Shown here: one piece after another, positions 18,645 to 31,484 of the stretch
How the letters are laid out: each line of letters starts with the position of its first letter
How positions within the stretch are numbered: position 1 is the stretch's first letter
DNA from: the human T2T-CHM13v2.0 reference genome, Homo sapiens
Direction: 5' to 3' (one strand)
NCBI RefSeq assembly: GCF_009914755.1
Contig: NC_060935.1
DNA length: 64,000 nt
Program-made: the position numbers and the translations under genes
Notes under the pieces: generated by a model
What the model saw: the letters and a program-made list of their open reading frames with translations, nothing else
The model's database searches: none
Told to the model about the DNA's origin: nothing

Positions 18645-20410
18645 TCTCCTTTTTACTGATGAGTACAGCCAGGGTTGGGAAGTCACTCCCGTGAGCACGG
18701 TGGCCTCGCTGGCTGGAGCTTGTTGCTCAGCCACCTCTTAAATGCCGATCCCCACCTCCACCTCCCCATTCCATCCTCCATCCAGAGCCCTCAGCTCTTC
18801 AGGCATTCATCATTTATGCACCTTTGAGGCAGGCAATGCTCCAAGCACAGGGCCCAGCAGAGAAACAAACAAACAAACAAACAAACAAGCAAGCAAACAA
18901 CAGACACCATTCCTCCACGTGGGGAACAAACAATAAGGAAGGTGAGTGACAGGTTAATAGTATGTTCCATGGTATACGTTCCACAGGGAAACTGAGGCAC
19001 AGAGGGGGATAGGGAGTGTGGAATGGTGGACTTTTAAACAGGGCGGTTTGGGAAGGCTCACTGGGAAGGCACCCTCCTGGTCACTGCCCCTTCCCACACT
19101 GTAGCCCACTCCATGGAGGCCTCCCAGGCCCTCCCTGCCCAGGCTCTCTACCCAGCATCTCCCCCAGGACTTACACTGCCTAACCCCAACTCAGCCTCCC
19201 CCATGTGCTCCCCACAACACATCCCAGCAAATGCCACCACCATCCATCTGCTTAGTATTCAAACCAGAAACCTGGATGCAAATTAGACCTCCCCAACTCT
19301 TGCCCTCACTCCATCTGGCCCTGGGAACTAGAGGTGCTCCCTTCATGAGTGCGGGAGACGCAAGCTTGGTTCCCCCTCCGGTCGGGCAGAGCACCCCAGT
19401 GGCAGGGGAGCGGGGACGGCTGTTTCCATAACTGGACCCAGTGGCCATGTCTAATCCCCTGTACAGACTCTGTCCTCTGCCTTCAGAGCCCATGGTCAGG
19501 CCCTGAGCCCTGCAAACCCACCTCCTCCTCTGTACCCACCAAAAGCTGTGCCCCTCCCAGGGGCCTTCCTTGCCTTGACCAGTGAGAGCCAGTGGATGCC
19601 ATGGACCAAGGCCCAGCAGCAGTCAGGGAACCCAGTCCCACCCCTTTCTGGACCTTCGTGTCCTCATCTGTAGAATGGGCAAAATTCCTGCCAGGCTGAC
19701 CCTCAGGAAATCTTGGCTGAGTCAGTGGATGTGAACGGTGCTGCTCTGGGTGGTGTGGACACGTGGACCAGCTGGGGTGAGGGGCAGCCAGGGTGGGAAG
19801 CTGTGTGGGTTAATGTGGACCAGCCAGAGGCAGCACCTGTGACCCATGCACATGCGTGTGTCCATGGGAATGGGGAGGGGGAAAAGCCACGTTCTAGGTG
19901 GGCTCACCTGGCACCACCCACACCAGTCTGTGACAGGGCAAGATGAAGGAGAAAGAGGCTGCTGCTACCCACCTGCCTGCCTGCCCACTTCCTCCCTGAC
20001 TCCTGCATGAAGAAAGGTGGCTGAGGGACTCCCCTAAATGTGCCAACCCTCACTGGGCAAGCCTGGGGCTGGGAAGACGTGTGAGGTCAGCAGTCCTGGG
20101 GTGGGGGGCCTTCCTTTGCTCCTCTGTGCCCCTGGGGTGGGGTGGGCTGCAGCATCATCTCAGTGCTGGGGGGTGACTAGCTCCCATCCTGCTAGGAGAC
20201 TTTGTGCCAGCCACCCGGCTCCTCTGAGTTGACTCCCTCATCTACCTAACAGGGGTGATCATGCTGCCTTGGGTGGTGTTGAGAAGACTAAATGATACAT
20301 GACACTTGGTCCCAGGACCCTCTTGTGACCTCTGGGTCCTGGCACCACTCACTGAGGTTTGCCCCTTGGCTCCTTCAGCATCCTCAAGTCACCCCTAGAG
20401 GTCTCTCTAA

Positions 20411-20719
20411 CTGTGCGCTCCAGCTTAGTAGCCACCAGCCGCACGCGGCTACTGGGCATCTGAAATGTGGCTGGTCTGAAACGAGCTGTGCTGTGGGTGG
20501 AAAAGACACACCAGGTTTCAACAATACAAAAAAAAAAATGAAATACAACATTCATAATTTTTAATACTGATTACATGTTGAAAGGATAATATTTTGATAT
20601 ATTAAGTTAAATATATTATTAAAATTAAGTTCACTTGTTTCTTTTTACTTTCTTAATGTAGCTACTGGAGAAATGTCATTACATCCGAGTCTCACATTCT
20701 GTTTTATTGGATGGCCCTG
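20411..20719. mobile_element. MER33-like hAT-Charlie MITE
   Basis: tagccaccagccgcacgcggctactgggcatctgaaatgtggct..tgattacatgttgaaaggataatattttgatatatt. Confidence 0.8.
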
Positions 20720-21802
20720 CTCCAGAACCTTGGAAAGGCCACTTCCAGGGCATCTTCCTGGTGGCTCCCAGGAAAAGCAGCCCCTGGGATTTCCAGCAGC
20801 TGCTGAAGAATGTCTGCTCCCCTGGTGGCCCCAGGCTGCAGAACACACTCGCTGTGGCCTCACCCGCTCCCCACCCTTTCCCGCACATCCCATAGCCTCC
20901 CAGGAAGCTTAGACTCAGCTAAGGGACCCTCCCTGCTGCCCCCACCATGAGGGTAGCCAACAAAGCCTGCGGCCCCCTCCCCCAGCTGCTAAGAACCTCA
21001 TAGCTGTATGGGAATTACCCTGGCGTCACTTTCTCCTTCCCAGCAGACCCCAGGGATGTGGCTTCCTTGCCCCAGGCCCTGAGTCACCCGCAAGGAATCC
21101 CCTCTCCTCTGGAGAGGGTTCTGCGGGCAGGAGGCAGCCTCTGTGGTGCTGAGGAGCATGGCTTCAGGAGTCAGAGAGACCTGGAGGTGAGTCCGGGCGC
21201 TGCCTCGTGCTCACCGTGTGGCTGGGGTAAGCCCCTCCTGTCTGCACCTCAACTTCCTCACTTATGAAATGGGCGTAATCACCGCGCCCACCTCATAGAG
21301 CTGTAGGGATGTCATCGAGGCATGGCGCTCTGCACAGCTCTTGGTTTGTAGTAAACAGCAGTTGTTAAAGGACCTGAAAGAGTTAGGGATGTGGCCTTTG
21401 ACCTCAGGCTCACTAAGCCAGCCACAGAGAGGAGGCAGGTGCCAAGGTGGTGGGCCAGGGAAGGGTGGGGAGCAAGTGAGGCAGGAAGGAGGCAGGGGGA
21501 TGGTAGCTCCCTTTCAGGCCTCAGGCTCTATGTAGCCCAACAGATAGCCCGGCTGGCCCATTTTCAGATGAGGAAAGTGAGGCTCTTAAAAGTGAAGCGA
21601 CTTCCCCAAGGCTAGTGCTGGGGGTTGATTTGGGGGCTACCTGTATCCAAGGCCTGTGTTCTCTCTGCCATCCTGTATTGTGAAGTTTGAGAGGAGTTTC
21701 TGGAGGAAATAAACACAAAATGGTTTGAGAAGAAGTTTGAGCTAATATAGTCCCTTTCCTGCAGGTGGTTTTGAGCCTTTGAAAGAAAGTATCCACAACT
21801 CC

Positions 21803-22110
21803 TGTCCTAAATCTCATCCCTGCAAAGCCAACCTTGACCCAAGGGCTTGGGTGCAGGTAGTTCATTCGGGAGGTGATGCCAGGCAACAGTGAGAAACGGA
21901 GAAGTGGGAAAGGGAGGGAGAAAACCCAGGAAGGTGGCTTCGATGAGCGGGTTACCACTGTGGGCACCTGGGCTCCATCCTGCTGGGCACCCTAGGAGCT
22001 GGAGTATAGAACACACATCATCAGAATCTCAAACTCAAGAGCTGGACGTTGGGGTGTTTGTCCACTTTTCATTCCCTGAGATTGAGGATTGCCCGTGAGG
22101 GTGTTGGGTC
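21803..22110. mobile_element. LTR16/LTR33-like ERVL LTR
   Basis: ttgggtgcaggtagttcattcgggaggtgatgccagg..gggttaccactgtgggcacctgggctc. Confidence 0.65.
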
Positions 22111-22482
22111 TCTGGCACATCCCTGCACAGGCTGAACAAGGTCCTTTGGTGCTGGAAGAAGCCCTTGGGTAGACAGACGGAGAGGAGAGAAGGGAAACAG
22201 GCGCTTGAGGCTGGGAGCGGGGCTGGCATGGGCAGATTATCCACAGAGTTGGCTCAGCCCCACTCCCGCCTCTGAAGAAAAGCATTCAAATAACACAATG
22301 ACATTCATCACAGTTAATACTGATATAATTTCTATTGTTTATAATACATTTAACAGTAGAAATATATTATTATAATGATATATTTCTATATTATATTGAT
22401 ATAGAAATATAAGATATTAATATTAACACTAAATATTATATTAAATTAATATTAATATATTTATATATTAATGTATTTCTAT

Positions 22483-22552
<70 letters not shown>
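22483..22552. repeat. Compound microsatellite (TG)11(TA)24
   Basis: Counted directly; preceded by ~170 bp of AT-rich low-complexity DNA. Confidence 0.97.
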
Positions 22553-22557
<5 letters not shown>

Positions 22558-22730
22558 TAGAAATAACCTAAATATCCAGTAAGAGGGGATTGGCTTAGTA
22601 AACTACGGTGCATCAAAAAGACAGAATATTCTGCAGCCAAAAATGAACACTCTGTTGCTACATGGAAAGGTGCTTGGGAAAGAATATTAATTAAAACATG
22701 GTGCGTGCACACACTTCCCACCGTGGAAGG

Positions 22731-23385
<655 letters not shown>

Positions 23386-23390
23386 GAAGG

Positions 23391-23768
23391 TGAGGGCTCT
23401 AGCAGAGAAACAGAACCAGTAAAAGGTACACATTAAGAGATGTGCTGCTAGGAATTGGCTTATATAGTTGTGGGCTAGGCTGGTCCAAAATTCATAACGC
23501 AGGCTGTCAGGAAGGGCAGGCTAGAATCCTAAGCCAAAGTTGCTGTCCACAGGTGGAATCTCTCCTTCTTCAGGCCTCTGCTCTGCTCTTAAAGGCCTTC
23601 ACTTGATTGAATCAAGCCCGCCCAGATTGTGTGGGATAATCTCCTTACTTAAAGTCAGTTGATTTGGACTTTACTTCTACTAAAAACCTCCACAGCAACA
23701 CCCAGATCAGTGTCTGAATGATGAGGACTGCAGCCTAGCCAAGTTGACACTTAAAACTGACCATCACA
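23391..23768 (-). mobile_element. MLT2 (ERVL) solo LTR
   Basis: cagagaaacagaacc..ggaattggct..ggataatctccttacttaaagtca..agcctagccaagttgacacttaaaactgaccatcaca. Confidence 0.85.
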
Positions 23769-24217
23769 GAAGGTATATGGAGCTGCTGTCAGAGTGCTAG
23801 TGACAAAACTCACTTACTTAAAACTGATCATCACAGAAGGTGTATGGAGCTGCTGTCAGAGTGCTAGTGACAAAACTCACTTACTTAAAACTGACCATCA
23901 CAGAAGGTGTATGGAGCTGCTGTCAGAGTGCTAGTGACAAAACTCACTTACTTAAAACTGACCATCACAGAAGGTGTATGGAGCTGCTGTCAGAGTGCTA
24001 GTGACAAAACTCACTTACTTAAAACTGACCATCACAGAAGGTGTATGGAGCTGCTGTCAGAGTGCTAGTGACAAAACTCACTTACTTAAAACTGACCATC
24101 ACAGAAGGTGTATGGAGCTGCTGTCAGAGTGCTAGTGACAAAACTCACTTACTTAAAACTGACCATCACAGAAGGTGTATGGAGCTGCTGTCAGAGTGCT
24201 AGTGACAAAACTCACTT
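23749..24217. repeat. Minisatellite, 7 x 67 bp
   Basis: Unit acttaaaactgaccatcacagaaggtgtatggagctgctgtcagagtgctagtgacaaaactcactt starting at 23749, 23816, 23883, 23950, 24017, 24084 and 24151; only two substitutions seen. Confidence 0.98.
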
Positions 24218-24796
24218 TGCGACCAGAGTCTGGCTCCTTCTGAGGCAGGGTCTGGGCTCACCTGAGACCACGGAGGTGAGCGAAGCCTCCAGCGGCATCC
24301 AGCTGGTACCAATCTATCCTGAGGCTTGATCTTTCCAGAGCCTCTGCCCCTGCCAGCAGATGTCGGGCAGCCAGGGCGGGGACCACTTTCTCTCCTGCAA
24401 CCTTGGCCCCAGTGCTTATCACTTCTGGGCACAGTGCCTGCACTGACACAGCGCAGCCCTCTTCCTTCCTCCCCTCCTGGGCCTCCTGGGGCTGGGTGGG
24501 AAAGGCTGTGGGGAGGGGAGGTGGTGGCAGAGACAAGGCCTGAACACATGGATCCCATCAGTGACTTCACTCGGACTGGCCGTCACTAGACTTTCCCTGG
24601 CCTGGATGAAGGTCTGGCTGAGGCTGCCCTCGCCCTAGGTGTGGGATTTACACAGCCTCCAGCCTCCCAGGAAGATCCGAGGCAAAGGGGAAAGTGCTTC
24701 AGGATATGATTGACTGTTACCTTGGGCAAGTCCCTGGCCCTCTCTGCGCTCTCTGGTCTCCACTCACTGACGTGGGAAATGTTTGATGATGCCATT

Positions 24797-25142
24797 GGCC
24801 TTAATCTATTTGTGCTGCTATGACAAAATAATATATACTGGATGGCTTATAAGCAACAGAAACTTATATCTCACAGTTCCAAAGACTGGGAAGTTCAAGA
24901 GCAAGGTGCCAGCAGACTTGGTGTCTGGTGAGGGCTCACTCTTTGCTTCATGGATGGCACCTTCTAGCCATGTTCTCATGTGGTGGAAGGAGCTGGCTAG
25001 CTCTCTGCAGTCTCTTTATAAAGACACCAATCCCAATCCAATATAATCACCCCCGAAGCCCCCACCTCCTAATAGCATCACCTTGGTGGTTAGGATTTCA
25101 ACATATGAAATTTGGGGGGACATGAACATTCTGGTCACAGCA
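24797..25142 (-). mobile_element. MST-family (MSTD-like) solo LTR
   Basis: ggcttataagcaacagaaact..caaggtgccagcaga..ggatttcaacatatgaaatttggggg. Confidence 0.85.
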
Positions 25143-25424
25143 CCAGTGTTAGCCTCTGTGTATCGTGGGGTTAGTAATCAGAATCGAACTGCCCAAAGGA
25201 GGGCTGTGTGGATGTGGGGGCTGGGCCAAGTGGCATGAGCTGGAGCAGCTGGCTTGGGGTAGGGGGTACTTATGTCTGGAGTCTGATCTGCCCTTGTTGG
25301 CCTCAGGAGCCTTGTGCCACAGTCCTGGGATGAGCCCGCTAGACCCCTGGACCCTGTAGTATCCACCTCTGAGGCATCAGTGCCCAGCCCAGGGTCTGGC
25401 ATAAAGGGGGCTCTCAGTGAGTAG

Positions 25425-25575
25425 GAAAGAAAGAACGGGAGAGAGAGGGGAGAGAGAGGAAGGGAGGAAGGGAAGAAGGAAAGGGTAAGACAAAGAGAGA
25501 TTGAAAGAAAGAAAGAAAGAGAAAAGGGAAGGAGGGATGGAGGGAGGGAGGTGGGGAGACGGAGGGGAAAAGGAC
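25425..25575. repeat. GA-rich polypurine low-complexity tract
   Basis: Nearly pure A/G run. Confidence 0.85.
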
Positions 25576-27356
25576 AGGGACTGCAGGAGTGGATGCGTGA
25601 AGGAAAGAATGAGACAGATGACCAGGCGGGTGGGTGACAGAGGCAGCAGCCATCTCCTCTGTGGCCCAGTTTTACTGCTGGCTCAAAATGTGCCACTGGA
25701 TGGGCCTTTAGTGATCTCCAAAACAGCCCTTTCTATAGAAGAAGGAGCTGAGGCTCAGAGCGGAGAAAGGATACTTGAAGTCATGTGCAGAATAGAGGCA
25801 GGGACAGACGGGGGCTCTCATCTCATCTCAGGCTCATGGTCCTCCTCTTCCCACCTCCCAAGATCACCCTCAGAGAAATGGTTTCCTAGAGCCAAGTGGG
25901 GAGGTGACTGGAAGGTGGGCCCTGGAGAGGAGACCAGGGACAAAGGCCCCTTGGTCCAGGACGGAGGCCTGAAGGAGGGTGTCCTCGAGCCAGGTGTGCA
26001 GGTCTGGGTCCCTGCTCCGGGAGGAGGCAGCTGAGGCTGGCCAGGCCAGTGGGCAAGAGCTAACTGTTCTGGTATGACCATGGCTGCCCCAGGACCACTG
26101 CTATGGTGGGGACCACCTGGGCCGAGACTCCCCCTGTTCCACTGGTCTCACCAGCTCCTGCTGTGCTGGCATGTTCTGAGCCATGTTCTCTCTCTCTTTT
26201 CACACTGTCCCGCCCCCATCCCTGTTCTCCCTCCCTTTTACTCTGTCCTCTCTGGTGTCACATTGTGGAGTTTGGTGTCTGCTCCCCCCGCCTCTCCCTG
26301 AGGATCCAACTCTCAGCGCCCGCCTCTCTCCCACCTGCTCCCTGTCTGTGCACGCCATCGGCTCTGCCTCCTGCTGCTGTCAGCCGCAGCCCGCCTCTTG
26401 CTTTCAGTCAGTTCCTGTCTTGCTCTGCTCTGTCCTGGTGTCTCCCTCTGTCTCTCTCTGTCTCCTCCTGTCTCTGATGTTCTCTCTGCCTCCATCTCAC
26501 TCTCCCTCTTTTCAAGTCACTAAAGCCTTGGCAGCCAGTTCTGGGCAGCACATCCCTCTTTCCTTCCCACCCCCATCTTGCCTACCTCTGGTAACAATTA
26601 CTCTGGGCTGGGACGGAATCTTTCAGTGCCCCAGACAGACCTACAGACAGCACATGGGGACCAGATGGTGACAGATTCCCCAAGAAACTAACCACTTCAG
26701 CCAAGGGAGCAGGAGCCCCCAGGAAGGGTGAAGCCAGCTCAAGAGCAAAGACCTACAGTCCTGCAGCTGCCCCGGGACCCCCTAGAGCTACAGCCAGGGC
26801 TACTCTTCCCACTGAGCTGAAAGGCGTATGGGTGGGCCCAGACCCCCAAGCGCAGACACCGGCAGCAACCTAAGGCAGAGAAGGCCCCCCCAGAAACCAC
26901 GTTGTCCTGCCCTGACCAGCCTGGAAACCTTCACACCCTGGCAGCGACCTTCTCAAGGTCACCAGTGACTGGGCAATCGACCAAAAGGCCTGAGTCTGAA
27001 TCTGGGATGTGTTCCCAGGAGTGGGAGCCACATGATCTGGGATCTAGGCCCAGCTGCACCACATCCTGGCTGTGGGACTTTAGGCAAGTCACTGAACCTC
27101 TCAATGTCTTTGCCTGTACATCAGAAATAATAGTAGCACTTGTCTCAAGGATTGATAGGAGGATTCATGAGTTAATATGCATAAAGCACAAGCACAGAGC
27201 CTGGCCAGAGGGAGGGTTCAGTCAATGATAAATAATCCATCCACACATAATAGTTACATTATTATTATTAATCTTCCTAAATACAGCTCAGCTCAAGCCA
27301 CTCCCTACTCATAAACCTACTGTGGATCCCCACTGTCCTACTGAATAAAGTCCAAG

Positions 27357-28061
27357 TGTTATAGTAGGTAGCTAATCGGACATGAGCAGGGCAGGAGAGG
27401 GCCCCTCCCAGGGAATGTCTGGTGATCATCAGATGACGGTCAGGTGGTTGTTAAACTGTCTCTCTAAAATAATAACTGGGCACACCCAGCACCAGGGAAA
27501 GGCAGTCTCCCAAAAAATAGAAAACACTTGATCCTGGTAGTCAGCAGCTTCCTGATAAGATCTCAGGAGTTGGGCAGGTGGGCCTAAGCATGCACACTGA
27601 GAGGCAAAATGGTGGAGTTCAACTGGTATTTGGCCTTCCTCTAGGAACACTCGACTGGTGAGGGAAGAATAGCTCAAGTGAGCATGCACACAACTTCAGT
27701 AAACACATTATGCATGCGGCCCCTCTCAAGCGCTGGTGGGCCACTGTGCATGCAGACAGCCCACCTCAAGGAAAAATCGAGGGAGGGGAGATGCAAAACC
27801 CCAGAAGCATGCCAAGGTATAAAACCTCGGGGTCAAAGGTCAAAGGTCAAGCCAGGCACTTGGACCTCTTGAGCCCTCTGCCAAGTGTACTTTACTTCCT
27901 TTTGTTCCGACTCTAAAACTTTTTAATAAACTTTCACTCCTGCTCTAAAACTTGCTTCTGCCTCTCCCTCTGCCTTATGCCCTCTCGGTTGAGAATTCTT
28001 TCTTCTGAGGAGGCAAGAGCTGATAGTACTGCAGACCCATATGGATCCGCTGCTGTTAACA
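27357..28061 (+). mobile_element. MER50-like ERV1 solo LTR
   Basis: TG...CA ends (tgttatagtaggtag..gctgttaaca); 4-bp TSD CAAG at 27353-27356 / 28062-28065; TATAAA 27818-27823; AATAAA 27925-27930. Confidence 0.85.
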
Positions 28062-28607
28062 CAAGCACGCTCTAGTTGTCAGTTTCCTGTCCCCATCTTG
28101 CTCAGCTTCGTCCAGCCAGCGTCTCTCTCTTGGCATGGAGGCCTTTGTGCATTTGCCCCCAGGACCCTGCCCACTCCGGCGGCCAGCCCCTTCTCACTCT
28201 TCTGCTGCAAACTTCTCATTATCTATCTCTTTAGCGTGGCCATGCCCCAGGGCTCAGTCCTTCACTGCTTCTTTCCATCCGCCCCCTCCCTTGGCTGTCT
28301 CAGGCAGGCCCGTGGCCCTCAGCGTCGTGGGGATACAGAAGCCGCCCACATCGCAATATCCAGCCTGGCCTCTCCTTGGACTCCTCCCCATGGCCAGCCC
28401 ATTCTCTCCTTGCTTTTCACACTTTAAGCCAGAACTCGTGATCTGCTTCCCAAGCCTTTTCCTCCCCCGTCTTTTCAAGTTCCCATTACGCAGGCTGAGG
28501 ACCAGGCAGTCACTCTGGAATCTTCCCTGTCTCTCACCCGCCACGTCCAAAATATCAGCAAATCCTGTGGGCTCAGGCTTCAGAAATATACCCAGAAGCC
28601 ACTCTAA

Positions 28608-29157
<550 letters not shown>

Positions 29158-29195
29158 CCATCTCACTCTTTGTAACAGTCTATAAGGCTCTATAT

Positions 29196-29426
29196 CAGTG
29201 TTTCTCAAACTGTGGACCATGACCATTTAGTAGCCCAGGAAATCAATTTGAAGATCATTACTCATGTTATTTTTTAATGAAACAGAATAAAATAAAATAA
29301 AATATATCAGAGTGCACACATATAGTTTATCTCAGTTGTATGTTTATATGTGGATATCTGTCTTGGATTGCCATATAAAACTGATTTCTTATGGAAGATG
29401 TAATCAATAAAAATTAAAAGCCGCTG
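29196..29426. mobile_element. hAT-Charlie family MITE (subfamily uncertain)
   Basis: Termini cagtgtttctcaaact.. / ..aaagccgctg; 8-bp TSD-like ctctatat / ctcagcat. Confidence 0.65.
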
Positions 29427-29815
29427 CTCAGCATGGTCTGCCCCCCAGGCCCATCACCCCCTTCCTTTCTCTCTCACCCTCACTCTGCCACAGCCCTACC
29501 AGCTCCACACTGTTCCTACACCCCTTGGGGCACACTCCTGCCTCAGGGCCTTTGCACTGGCTGATCTCTCTGCCTGGAACATTCTTCCCCCCATATCCCT
29601 CTCTCATTTCCTTCAGGACTTGGCTCAAAGGAGAGAGAAACTTCCAAATGGGCCTGTTTAAAACAGCGCCCCCATTCCCAAGGTTCTCATAGTTCCCTTG
29701 TATCACTTTATTTTCTTCACAGCACTATGACTACTTGGAGTATTGTACATTTGTTTATTTGTCCCTTTCTCTCCATGAGAATGTCAGCTCCATGTGGGCA
29801 GGGACTGTGTCATTT

Positions 29816-31484
29816 TGTGTCCGGAATTGGTGGGTTCTTGGTCTCATTGACTTCAAGAATGAAGCTGCGGACCCTCGCGGTGAGTGTTACAGCTCTTAAG
29901 GTGGCGCATCTGGAGTCTATCCCTTCTGATGTTCAGATGTGTTCGGAGTTTCTTCCTTCGGGTGGGTTCGTGGTCTCGCTGGCTCAGGAGTGAAGCTGCA
30001 GACCTTCGCAGTGAGTGTTACAGCTCTTAAGGCAGCGGGTCTGGAGTTGTTCGTTCCTCCCGGTGGGTTCACGGTCTCGCTGGGCTCAGGAGTGAAGCTG
30101 CAGATCTTCGCGGTGAGCGTTACAGCTCCTAAAAGCAGAGTGGACCCAAAGAGTGAGCAGTAGCAAGATTTATTGCAAAGAGCGAAAGAACAAAGCTTCC
30201 ACATTGCGGAAGGGGACCCGAGCGGGTTGCCAATGCTGGCTTGGGCAGCCTGCTTTTATTGTCTTATCTGGCCCCACCCACATCCTGCTGATTGGTAGAG
30301 CCCGAGTGGCCTGTTTTCTCAGCGCGCTGATTGGTGCGTTTACAATCCCTGAGCTAGATACAAAGGTTCTCCATGTCCCCATCAGATTAGTTAGATACAG
30401 AGTTTCGACACACAGGTTCTCCAAGGCCCCACCAGAGCAGCTAGATACAGAGTGTCGATTGGTGCATTCAGAAACCTTGAGCTAAACACAGGGTGCTGAT
30501 TGGTGTGTTCACAAACCTTGAGCTAGATGCAGAGTGCCGATTGGTGTATTTACAATCCTTGAGCTAGACATAAAGGTTCTCCAAGGCCCCACCAGAGCAG
30601 CTAGATACAGAGTGTCGACTGGTGCACTCACAAACCTTGAGCTAAACACAGGGTGCTGACTGGTGTATTTACAATCCCTGAGCTAGATAGAAAGACTCTC
30701 CACATCCTCACCAGAGCAGCTAGATACAGAGTGTCGATTGGTGCACTCACAAACCCTGAGCTAAACACAGGGTGCTGATTGGTGTATTTACAATCCCTGA
30801 GCTAGATATAAAGACTCTCCACGTCCCCACCAGACTCAGGAGCCCAGCTGGCTTCACCTAGTGGATCCTGCACCAGGGCTGCAGGTGGAGCTGCCTGCCA
30901 GTCACGTGCTGTGTGCTCGCATTCCTCAGCCCTTGGGTGGTCGATGGGACTGGGCGCCGTGGAGCAGGGAGTGATGCTCGTTGGGGAGGCTCGGGCTGCA
31001 CAGGAGCCCATGGAGTGGGTGGGAGGCTCAGGCATGGCAGGCTGCAGGTCCCGAGCCCTGCCCCGCAGGAAGGCAACTAAGGCTCGGTGAGAAATCGAGT
31101 GCAGCACCGGTGGGCTGGCACTGCTGGGGGACCCAGTACACCCTCCGCAGCCACTGGCCCGGGTGCTAAGTCCCTCATTGCCCGGGGCCAGCAGGGCTGG
31201 CCGGCTACTCCGAGTGCGGGGCCTGCCAAGCCCACGCCCACCCGGAACTCCAGCTGGCCCGCAAGCGCCGCACGCAGCCCCGGTTCCCGCTCGCACCTCT
31301 CCCTCCACACCTCCCTGCAAGCTGAGGGAGTGGGCTCCAGCCTTGGCCAGCCCATAAAGGGGCTCCCACAGTGCAGCGGCGGGCCAAAGGGCTCCTCAAG
31401 TGCCGCCAAAGTGGGAGCCCAGGCAGAGGAGGCGCCGAGAGCGAGCGAGGGCTGTGAGGACTGCCAGCACGCTGTCACCTCTCA
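29816..31484 (-). mobile_element. LTR12C-like (HERV9) solo LTR, 1669 bp
   Basis: Minus-strand termini TGAGAGGTGACAGCGTGCTGGC...ACCAATTCCGGACACA; 4-bp TSD ATTT at 29812-29815 / 31485-31488; tandem U3 enhancer units and U5 repeats. Confidence 0.95.
30255..30782 (-). promoter_or_regulatory. LTR12 promoter/enhancer: CCAAT (NF-Y) array and AATAAA TATA-like box
   Basis: ATTGG at 30291, 30330, 30458, 30499, 30540, 30737 and 30778 (7 intact); ACTGG variants at 30618 and 30659; TTTATT 30255-30260. Activity itself is inference. Confidence 0.7.

Noticed and set aside
23749-24217. CRISPR-like array
   Set aside because: Units are head-to-tail identical with no unique spacers, there are no cas genes, and the DNA is primate. 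It is a minisatellite.
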